A DNA stretch of 39,720 nt from sequence record PZ618370.1. One strand, given 5' to 3'. Of the stretch, positions 17,305-24,278 are shown one piece after another. Position 1 is the first letter of the stretch, and each line of letters opens with the position of its first letter. Position numbers and translations under genes: made by a program. Source of the stretch: a phage. The notes under the pieces are model-generated. The model did not search any database and was not told the DNA's origin. It worked only from the letters and a program-made list of their open reading frames with translations.

Positions 17305-18166
17305 GAAGAAGAAGATAGCTCTTGTTCTTGATGGTGACTATCTGGTCTTCTCTTCTATGGCTGCTGCCGAGGACGAGACAGATTGGGGCGATGACATCTG
17401 GACCCTTATCTGCGACCACGAGAAGGCTCGCCGTATACTTGAGAACACCATCGCTGAAATCGTTAAGAAGCGCAAGGCGTGGAAAGACGCTAAGATTGTG
17501 ATGTGCTTTACTGACGATAATAACTGGCGTAAGGACGTGCTTCCTACCTATAAGGCCAACCGTAAAGGTTCTCGCAAGCCTGTAGGTTACAATAAGTTCG
17601 TAGCCGAAGTGATGGCCGACCAACGGTTCAACAGCTTCCTTCGTCCTACGCTTGAGGGTGATGACTGTATGGGTATCATCGGGACCCGACCTCAGATTGT
17701 CGGATGTGACCATGCGGTTCTGGTGTCCTGTGACAAGGACTTCAAGACCATCCAGAACTGTGAGTTCTTCTGGTTAACAACTGGTGAAATCCTGAGTCAT
17801 ACGACTGCCGAGGCAGACTACTGGCACATGGAGCAGACCATCAAGGGCGACACTACAGATGGCTACGGTGGTATTCCGGGGATGGGTGAGGACACCACTC
17901 GTGCGTTCCTTGACGAGCCGTACTACTTCGTGCAGGAGAGCCGTGAGCTTAAGACTGGTAAGAACAAAGGCCAGATTAAGACTGAGTGGAAGAAGTATCC
18001 TAAGCGTGAAGACATGACGCTGTGGGACTGCATGGTGACTCTGGCTGCTAAAGCTGGGATGACCGAGGAGGAACTTCTGGTCCAAGCTCAGGTAGCTCGT
18101 ATTTGTCGAGCATCTGACTATGACCCTAAGTCCAAGGAGGTCATCCTGTGGACACCATCCATGTAA
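17294..18166 (+). CDS. 6: 5'-3' exonuclease (gp6, FEN-like)
   Basis: 290 aa; position, size and acidic-cluster motifs (LVLDGDYLVF, CFTDDNNWRKDVLPTYKANRK, DGYGGIPGMG) typical of T7 gp6. Confidence 0.92.
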   Translation: MGAEKKKIALVLDGDYLVFSSMAAAEDETDWGDDIWTLICDHEKARRILENTIAEIVKKRKAWKDAKIVMCFTDDNNWRKDVLPTYKANRKGSRKPVGYNKFVAEVMADQRFNSFLRPTLEGDDCMGIIGTRPQIVGCDHAVLVSCDKDFKTIQNCEFFWLTTGEILSHTTAEADYWHMEQTIKGDTTDGYGGIPGMGEDTTRAFLDEPYYFVQESRELKTGKNKGQIKTEWKKYPKREDMTLWDCMVTLAAKAGMTEEELLVQAQVARICRASDYDPKSKEVILWTPSM

Positions 18167-18240
18167 TTTACTGGGTCGGACTTCTGGCCCTTTACTGCAT
18201 GTACAAGTGGTTTGGGTCAAACAACCGTCCTAAACACTGA
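18148..18240 (+). CDS. gp6.3-like small hydrophobic protein (30 aa, GTG start)
   Basis: GTG 7 nt after GGAGG (18136-18140); hand-translated VDTIHVIYWVGLLALYCMYKWFGSNNRPKH; position as T7 gene 6.3. Confidence 0.35.
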   Translation: MDTIHVIYWVGLLALYCMYKWFGSNNRPKH

Positions 18241-18292
18241 GTCTAACCGATAGTCATATCCTATCAATCCAACAGTCATCCATAGGTGAAAC

Positions 18293-18315
18293 ACTAAACT
18301 ATCACTATAGGGACT
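18293..18315 (+). promoter_or_regulatory. phage RNAP promoter (phi6.5-like)
   Basis: ACTAAACTATCACTATA-GGGAC; +1 G at 18310. Confidence 0.85.
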
Positions 18316-18376
18316 TTAGGACCTAAGATATGACTATAAGATAGACTTTAGTCTTAACTTAAAGAGGAGATTCAAG

Positions 18377-18649
18377 ATGGCGATTAATGCTATTGAAAAC
18401 GTTGTTAAGCAGTTACAGGAAGAAAGGCTTGATGTCCCGAACATCTCCCAGTCTGCCATCCAGTTCCTGCACGTATTGTTCAACGCAAGCTACGCTGAGA
18501 AGATGGGAGCTATTAGTCTCCTCAAGCAGCAGGGCTACAGCGATGCGTTCATTGCTGGATTCATCAAGGGTCTCCAGTATTGCTCTGACACTCTCGACGC
18601 TGCGATTGCTATGCGTCGTGAGCTGAAAGATACCGTTCAGTTTGATTAA
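18377..18649 (+). CDS. gp6.5-like protein
   Basis: 90-aa ORF with SD GAGGAG directly downstream of a promoter; positional assignment. Confidence 0.55.
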   Translation: MAINAIENVVKQLQEERLDVPNISQSAIQFLHVLFNASYAEKMGAISLLKQQGYSDAFIAGFIKGLQYCSDTLDAAIAMRRELKDTVQFD

Positions 18650-18663
18650 CTGTAGGAGGGACT

Positions 18664-18888
18664 ATGTGTTTCAGTCCAAAGATTAGCACTCCGAAGCCTT
18701 CGGTCCAAGCGCCTGAACCAGCACCTCTGAGTGAGGAAGTTGCGTCAGTTGACATCGGGGCTGAATCGGATGTGGATACCAACGAGACCAAAGGTATCAA
18801 AGACCTGAAGGTCAAGAAGGAGTCTGCACCTAAAGACAAATCGTCAGTAAGTCGCACGATGCGTAACTCTGGCGTCAACATGGGGTAA
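18664..18888 (+). CDS. 6.7: virion protein gp6.7
   Basis: MCFSPKI.TPK N-terminus and EPAPL motif as T7 gp6.7 (recalled); SD AGGAGG. Confidence 0.75.
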   Translation: MCFSPKISTPKPSVQAPEPAPLSEEVASVDIGAESDVDTNETKGIKDLKVKKESAPKDKSSVSRTMRNSGVNMG

Positions 18889-18892
18889 GACA

Positions 18893-19297
18893 ATGCTGCC
18901 ATATCTAAACTCACGCGAAGGTCGCCACATGTGCGCTTGTCGCCTCTGGGAAGACGGTCAGTCTAACTTCAAGTCATACGAGGACTTCAAGGCTCATACT
19001 TACCGTATGGCTGACGAGTTCGATGGTGAAGAGTACACAATCTACGATGTCTCAGGTCAACCAGTAGCGTACATCTACATGCTGGCTACCGCATCTTGGC
19101 ACCGACCGACTCCCGGTCTTGACCTTTCAATCGTCGCCATTCGTCGTGACTCGCAGTCCTCCAGCAAGGTTCTTGAGACTGTCAGGCACATCGTAAACGA
19201 AGAGTGCAAGCGTTGGGGTCTTGGCTGGTATTCTCGTGTCAAGCATGTTTCTGGGTCGGTAGACATCGTAACAACTAAGGAGATTAACCGTGGGTAA
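18893..19297 (+). CDS. gp7-like host-range/virion protein
   Basis: 134 aa (T7 gp7 133 aa) in the syntenic position; weak SD, alternative ATG about 36 nt downstream. Confidence 0.5.
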   Translation: MLPYLNSREGRHMCACRLWEDGQSNFKSYEDFKAHTYRMADEFDGEEYTIYDVSGQPVAYIYMLATASWHRPTPGLDLSIVAIRRDSQSSSKVLETVRHIVNEECKRWGLGWYSRVKHVSGSVDIVTTKEINRG

Positions 19298-19538
19298 ATC
19301 AATCAGTAAGGCTTTCAAGAAAGTAGTAAAAGGTGCGTTAGGGACAGTTGGTCTTGGAGCTAAGGAAGCACCTAAGGTTGTTGAGGCTCAGACCCCAGCA
19401 GCGCCAGTGGAAGTCCCGAACGACAAAGTGGAAGATGTGGATACTGAAGTGACCGCATCCGACGAGAAGAAAGTGAAGCGTTCCGGTAAGCGTAGCCTTC
19501 AGGTCTCTCGCACCTCTGGTGGCGGTATTTCTATTTAA
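19290..19538 (+). CDS. 7.3: tail protein gp7.3
   Basis: GTG start after AAGGAG; MGK N-terminus, Lys-rich, C-terminal SRTSGGGISI like T7 gp7.3 ...SGGGINI (recalled). Confidence 0.7.
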   Translation: MGKSISKAFKKVVKGALGTVGLGAKEAPKVVEAQTPAAPVEVPNDKVEDVDTEVTASDEKKVKRSGKRSLQVSRTSGGGISI

Positions 19539-19549
19539 GGAGGTGACGA

Positions 19550-21118
19550 ATGGCTGAACGTGAAGGGTTCGCTGCTGAAGGAGCCAAAGCGGTCTATGAC
19601 CGACTGAAGAACGGTAGACAGCCATATGAGACACGCGCTCAGAACTGTGCTGCTGTCACTATCCCGTCACTGTTTCCTAAGGAGTCCGACAACTCGTCCA
19701 CTGAGTACACAACTCCGTGGCAAGCTGTGGGCGCTCGCTGCTTGAACAACTTGGCTGCAAAGCTGATGTTGGCATTATTCCCTCAGTCACCGTGGATGCG
19801 ACTGACAGTATCCGAATATGAGGCCAAGACCTTGAGTCAGGACTCAGAGGCGGCTGCTCGTGTTGACGAAGGGCTGGCTATGGTCGAGCGTGTGTTGATG
19901 GCCTACATGGAGACTAACAGTTTCCGAGTCCCATTGTTCGAGGCGCTGAAGCAGCTTATCGTCTCAGGTAACTGCCTGCTCTACATCCCTCCACCAGAAC
20001 AAGGAACATACAGTCCTATGCGAATGTACCGCTTAGTGTCATACGTTGTTCAACGTGATGCTTTCGGTAACATCTTACAGATTGTGACTCTCGACAAGGT
20101 AGCGTTTAGTGCTCTACCGGAAGACGTGAAGTCTCAACTAAACGCAGACGACTATGAGCCTGACACAGAGCTGGAAGTGTATACGCACATTTACCGTCAG
20201 GACGACGAGTATCTGCGCTACGAGGAAGTGGAAGGTATTGAGGTAGCAGGGACCGAGGGTTCTTACCCACTGACTGCATGTCCGTACATCCCAGTACGAA
20301 TGGTTCGACTGGATGGTGAAGACTATGGTCGTTCTTACTGCGAGGAGTATCTGGGAGACCTGAACTCGCTGGAGACGATTACAGAAGCTATCACCAAAAT
20401 GGCTAAGGTAGCCTCCAAGGTGGTGGGCCTCGTTAACCCGAACGGTATCACGCAACCTCGTCGTCTGAATAAGGCGGCTACAGGTGAGTTCGTGGCTGGT
20501 CGAGTTGAGGACATCAACTTCCTGCAACTGACGAAGGGTCAGGACTTTACGATTGCCAAGTCGGTGGCTGACGCTATCGAGCAACGTTTAGGCTGGGCCT
20601 TCCTTCTTAATAGTGCTGTTCAGCGTAATGCCGAGCGTGTCACTGCTGAAGAGATTCGTTATGTTGCTGGCGAACTGGAGGCGACCTTAGGTGGCGTGTA
20701 CTCGGTACAGTCACAAGAGCTTCAGTTGCCTATAGTCCGTGTGCTGATGAACCAGCTTCAGTCTGCTGGCATGATTCCAGACCTTCCGAAAGAAGCGGTA
20801 GAGCCTACGGTATCCACTGGTCTGGAAGCGTTAGGTCGTGGTCAGGACTTGGAGAAGCTAACTCAGGCGGTTAACATGATGACTGGTCTTCAGCCGCTAT
20901 CTCAGGACCCTGACATCAACTTGCCGACCCTTAAGCTGCGACTCCTGAACGCTCTGGGTATCGACACAGCTGGCCTACTCCTTACGCAAGACGAGAAGAT
21001 TCAGCGCATGGCTGAGCAGTCGTCTCAACAGGCAGTTGTCCAAGGTGCTAGTGCTGCTGGTGCCAACATGGGTGCTGCTGTAGGTCAGGGAGCTGGTGAG
21101 GACATGGCTCAAGCCTAA
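19550..21118 (+). CDS. 8: portal (head-to-tail connector) protein gp8
   Basis: 522 aa (T7 536 aa), SD AAGGAGG, position before scaffold/capsid. Confidence 0.93.
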   Translation: MAEREGFAAEGAKAVYDRLKNGRQPYETRAQNCAAVTIPSLFPKESDNSSTEYTTPWQAVGARCLNNLAAKLMLALFPQSPWMRLTVSEYEAKTLSQDSEAAARVDEGLAMVERVLMAYMETNSFRVPLFEALKQLIVSGNCLLYIPPPEQGTYSPMRMYRLVSYVVQRDAFGNILQIVTLDKVAFSALPEDVKSQLNADDYEPDTELEVYTHIYRQDDEYLRYEEVEGIEVAGTEGSYPLTACPYIPVRMVRLDGEDYGRSYCEEYLGDLNSLETITEAITKMAKVASKVVGLVNPNGITQPRRLNKAATGEFVAGRVEDINFLQLTKGQDFTIAKSVADAIEQRLGWAFLLNSAVQRNAERVTAEEIRYVAGELEATLGGVYSVQSQELQLPIVRVLMNQLQSAGMIPDLPKEAVEPTVSTGLEALGRGQDLEKLTQAVNMMTGLQPLSQDPDINLPTLKLRLLNALGIDTAGLLLTQDEKIQRMAEQSSQQAVVQGASAAGANMGAAVGQGAGEDMAQA

Positions 21119-21136
21119 ACTATCACTATAGGAACA
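21114..21136 (+). promoter_or_regulatory. phage RNAP promoter (phi9-like)
   Basis: CCTAAACTATCACTATA-GGAAC; +1 G at 21131. Confidence 0.8.
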
Positions 21137-21226
21137 ACACAACTTGAGTGAGTGAACGCATAGCCAGCCGTAATGGGAGGGCAGGTTGTTGTGTTTCCCT
21201 ATTAACTACCAAAGGAGAATGACTCA

Positions 21227-22111
21227 ATGTCTCAATCAGTTTATGCCGAGTTCGGCGTTAGCTCTAATGCAATCACTGGTTCCGTTGAGGACCTGAACGA
21301 ACACCAGAAGTCTATGCTTGAACAGGACGTAGCTGTTCGTGATGGCGACGACGCTATTACCTTCAAGCAACTGGAAGCCGAAAACGAAGAGGCGACCGAA
21401 GAAGACGAGAACGTCGAAGAGACTGAAGGTGAAGAAGACCACGAGTCAGATGACGAAGAGTCTGAGACAGATGGTGAGCAGCCTGAGTTCATCGAACTAG
21501 GTGATGCACCAAAAGAGCTGACTGAAAGTGTCACCGCTCTGGATGAAAACGAAGCTGCATTCGACGACATGGTGTCTTCTGCTGTAGAAGCTGGCAAGGT
21601 CACTGCTGATGAAATTACCGCTATCAAGGCTGAATACGCCAAGGACGGTAAGCTGTCTGACGCATCCTACGCTAAGTTGCAGGAAGCAGGCTACACCAAG
21701 CGTTTCGTAGATTCGTTTGTCCGTGGTCAGGAAGCTCTTGCTGAACAGTATGCTGCTGGTGTGGTTCGCTACGCTGGTGGTGCTGAACAGTTTAACCGCA
21801 TCCTGTCACACCTTGAGTCCAACGACCCGTCAACTCGTGAAGCACTGGAAGCTGCTATCGTTCGTAAGGACATTGCTACTACCAAAGCTCTGCTGAATCT
21901 GGCTGGCAAGACTCTGGGTAAAGCTGTTGGTGTTAAACCTCAGCGTACCATCACCACTCAGGCTAAACCTGTGGTCACACCTAAGGCTCCTCAGGCCGAA
22001 GCATTCAGCTCTAAGGCTGACATGATTAAGGCTATGAGTGACCCGCGATACCTGCGCGACACTAAATACACGATGGAAGTTCGCGCTAAGGTAGCTGCCT
22101 CAAGCCTGTAG
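21227..22111 (+). CDS. 9: capsid assembly/scaffolding protein gp9
   Basis: 294 aa, highly acidic Glu/Asp-rich N-terminal half, located between portal and major capsid genes. Confidence 0.85.
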   Translation: MSQSVYAEFGVSSNAITGSVEDLNEHQKSMLEQDVAVRDGDDAITFKQLEAENEEATEEDENVEETEGEEDHESDDEESETDGEQPEFIELGDAPKELTESVTALDENEAAFDDMVSSAVEAGKVTADEITAIKAEYAKDGKLSDASYAKLQEAGYTKRFVDSFVRGQEALAEQYAAGVVRYAGGAEQFNRILSHLESNDPSTREALEAAIVRKDIATTKALLNLAGKTLGKAVGVKPQRTITTQAKPVVTPKAPQAEAFSSKADMIKAMSDPRYLRDTKYTMEVRAKVAASSL

Positions 22112-22112
22112 G

Positions 22113-22135
22113 ACTAAACTATCACTATAGGGAGA
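22113..22135 (+). promoter_or_regulatory. phage RNAP promoter, strongest consensus copy (phi10-like, class III)
   Basis: ACTAAACTATCACTATA-GGGAGACC; +1 to +6 GGGAGA identical to the T7 class III initiating sequence. Confidence 0.9.
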
Positions 22136-22237
22136 CCAAGAGACAGACTCAAGGTTTCCCTATTACTTCAGTCCATACGGATTGGGCATACAGTAAGTAA
22201 TAAACTTTATCTTTCAATTGAATAGGAGAATTATCAT

Positions 22238-23281
22238 ATGGCAAACGTTCCGGGTCAGAAAATTGGTACAGACCAAGGTAAAGGCAAATCCAGCTCCGAC
22301 GCTCTTGCGTTGTTCCTGAAGGTATTTGCTGGTGAAGTCCTGACCGCATTCACTCGCCGCTCTGTAACTGCTGACAAGCATATTGTCCGTACCATTCAGA
22401 ACGGTAAGTCTGCTCAGTTCCCGGTCATGGGTCGCACCTCCGGTGTGTATCTGGCTCCGGGTGAGCGACTGTCCGATAAACGTAAAGGTATCAAACATAC
22501 CGAGAAAGTGATTACCATTGATGGTCTGCTGACTGCCGATGTGATGATTTTCGACATTGAAGACGCGATGAACCACTATGACGTGGCTGGTGAGTATTCC
22601 AACCAGTTGGGTGAAGCTCTGGCTATCGCTGCCGATGGTGCGGTTCTGGCTGAAATGGCTATCCTGTGTAACCTCCCATCCGCATCCAACGAGAACATCG
22701 CGGGTCTGGGTACCGCGTCCGTACTGGAAGTTGGTAAGAAAGCTGACCTCGACACACCAGCTAAACTGGGTGAGGCAATCATCGGTCAACTGACCATTGC
22801 TCGTGCGAAGCTGACCTCCAACTACGTTCCTGCTGGCGACCGTTACTTCTACACCACGCCGGACAACTACTCTGCAATCCTCGCGGCTCTGATGCCGAAC
22901 GCTGCTAACTATGCTGCGCTGATTGACCCAGAGACTGGTAACATCCGTAACGTTATGGGCTTCGTTGTTGTTGAAGTTCCGCATCTGGTTCAGGGCGGTG
23001 CTGGTGAGACTCGTGGTGAAGATGGTATCTCTATCGCTTCCGGTCAGAAACACGCATTCCCGGCGACTGCTGCTGGCGACGTTAAAGTTGCTATGGATAA
23101 CGTTGTGGGTCTGTTCTCTCACCGTTCTGCTGTGGGTACTGTGAAGCTGCGTGATTTGGCGCTGGAACGTGACCGTGACGTCGATGCTCAGGGTGACCTG
23201 ATTGTTGGTAAGTACGCTATGGGTCACGGTGGTCTTCGTCCTGAAGCGGCTGGCGCACTGGTTTTCAGCTCAGCGGCGTAA
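22238..23281 (+). CDS. 10A: major capsid protein 10A
   Basis: 347 aa; long identical blocks with T7 gp10A as recalled (DALALFLKVF.GEVLTAF, GKSAQFPV, HTEKVITIDGLLTADV, DIEDAMNHYDV, ALMPNAANYAALIDPE, IRNVMGF.VVEVPHL, HRSAVGTVKLRDLALER, KYAMGHGGLRPEAAGA). Confidence 0.97.
   Translation: MANVPGQKIGTDQGKGKSSSDALALFLKVFAGEVLTAFTRRSVTADKHIVRTIQNGKSAQFPVMGRTSGVYLAPGERLSDKRKGIKHTEKVITIDGLLTADVMIFDIEDAMNHYDVAGEYSNQLGEALAIAADGAVLAEMAILCNLPSASNENIAGLGTASVLEVGKKADLDTPAKLGEAIIGQLTIARAKLTSNYVPAGDRYFYTTPDNYSAILAALMPNAANYAALIDPETGNIRNVMGFVVVEVPHLVQGGAGETRGEDGISIASGQKHAFPATAAGDVKVAMDNVVGLFSHRSAVGTVKLRDLALERDRDVDAQGDLIVGKYAMGHGGLRPEAAGALVFSSAA
23260..23266 (+). other. candidate -1 programmed ribosomal frameshift site G GUU UUC near the end of gene 10A
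   Basis: Heptamer GGTTTTC 5 codons before the 10A stop; the -1 frame stays open for 50 codons to TAA at 23410-23412. Confidence 0.55.
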
Positions 23282-23412
23282 GCACCTTTAGCCAACCTAA
23301 CGTCGCTACAGTAGCGGCTGCACCTGAAGAGGAGACTCTAACTCCTCAACAGAAAGCTGCGCGTACTCGTGCTGCGAACAGGGCCGCTAAACTGGCTGAG
23401 TCAAACAACTAA
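23260..23412 (+). CDS. 10B: C-terminal extension of minor capsid protein 10B (full 10B = 22238..23412 with a -1 shift at 23260-23266)
   Basis: -1 frame hand-translated with no stop: GFQLSGVSTFSQPNVATVAAAPEEETLTPQQKAARTRAANRAAKLAESNN; comparable in length to the T7 10B extension. Confidence 0.5.
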   Translation, partial: GFQLSGVSTFSQPNVATVAAAPEEETLTPQQKAARTRAANRAAKLAESNN

Positions 23413-23416
23413 TTGA

Positions 23417-23455
23417 AACCCCTTGGGTGCCTTCGGGTGCTTGAGGGGTTTTTTG
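23417..23455 (+). terminator. late intrinsic terminator (T7 Tphi-like)
   Basis: AACCCCTTGGGTGCCTTCGGGTGCTTGAGGGGTTTTTTG: imperfect long hairpin with UUCG loop and T6 tract, near-identical in design to T7 Tphi as recalled. Confidence 0.85.
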
Positions 23456-23475
23456 CTTAAAGTGAGAGGAGACTT

Positions 23476-24042
23476 ATGGCTCAATACATTCCACTGAATG
23501 CTAACGATGACTTAGATGCCATCAACGATATGTTAGCCGCTATCGGTGAACCAGCAGTCCTACAGCTTGACGAGGGGAACGCTGACGTCTCGAACGCTCT
23601 ACGTATCCTGCATCGCGTCAATCGTCAGGTCCAAGCTAAAGGCTGGAACTTTAACATCAACGAAGCAGCTGTCCTGACACCTGACATCCAAGACAATAGG
23701 ATTCGATTCTTGCCGTCATACCTTCGTGTAATGACCGCTGGGGCCACCAGCTACTACAGCAACATGGGTGGGTACCTGTACGACCTGTCCACCCAGTCAA
23801 CCACTTTCACCGACCCTATCACGGTAGAGCTTGTGGAGATGAAGCCATTCTCCGAGATGCCTGTGGTCTTCAGGGACTACATCGTAACTAAAGCTAGCCG
23901 TGAGTTCAACGCTAAGTTCTTCGGTAGCCCAGAGTCAGAGCTATACCTTCGTGAGCAGGAAGCAGAACTCTATCAGCAGGTTATGGAGTACGAGATGGAC
24001 ACTGGTCGCTACAACATGATGTCTGACATCGGGAGGGACTAA
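23476..24042 (+). CDS. 11: tail tubular protein A (gp11)
   Basis: 188 aa; A.ELSAVNDILA.IGEP, RIL..VNRQ.Q..GW.FNI, R.Y.VTKASR.FN..FFG.PE, MEYEMD.G.YNM match T7 gp11 as recalled. Confidence 0.9.
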   Translation: MAQYIPLNANDDLDAINDMLAAIGEPAVLQLDEGNADVSNALRILHRVNRQVQAKGWNFNINEAAVLTPDIQDNRIRFLPSYLRVMTAGATSYYSNMGGYLYDLSTQSTTFTDPITVELVEMKPFSEMPVVFRDYIVTKASREFNAKFFGSPESELYLREQEAELYQQVMEYEMDTGRYNMMSDIGRD

Positions 24043-24269
24043 TGGCTAGTCACAACCTGAAGATTCACCGCCAGCACTTTGGTCCGGTACAGCTAGGTCT
24101 AAAGACAGCAGAGCTGAGACTTAACGACCGGGACTTTAAGGTTGGCGATTGGCTTATCCTGAATGAATGGGACAACGGGTATACTGGACAACAGGTAGCA
24201 CGTAAGGTTGTCCACATTGCTGACGTTGGTGACATCGCTGAGGGATACGTTCTAATGAGTATGATTTAA
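24042..24269 (+). CDS. small ASCH/PUA-like domain protein (75 aa) inserted between tail genes 11 and 12
   Basis: Contains GLKTAELR, matching the ASCH signature GxKxxExR; ATG overlaps the gp11 stop; no counterpart in T7. Confidence 0.5.
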   Translation: MASHNLKIHRQHFGPVQLGLKTAELRLNDRDFKVGDWLILNEWDNGYTGQQVARKVVHIADVGDIAEGYVLMSMI

Positions 24270-24278
24270 GGAGGGCCT

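Noticed and set aside
21129-21203. Apparent inverted repeat AACAACACAAC / GTTGTTGTGTT in the gene 9 leader
   Set aside because: On checking, the second block is the complement, not the reverse complement, of the first, so the two cannot pair into a hairpin.
22214-23227. 337-aa ORF on the minus strand
   Set aside because: Lies entirely antisense to the major capsid gene, which has unambiguous homology; no RBS context; T7-like genomes are transcribed from one strand only. The same applies to all other minus-strand ORFs in the track (for example 16196-16741, 17276-17713, 3788-4141).
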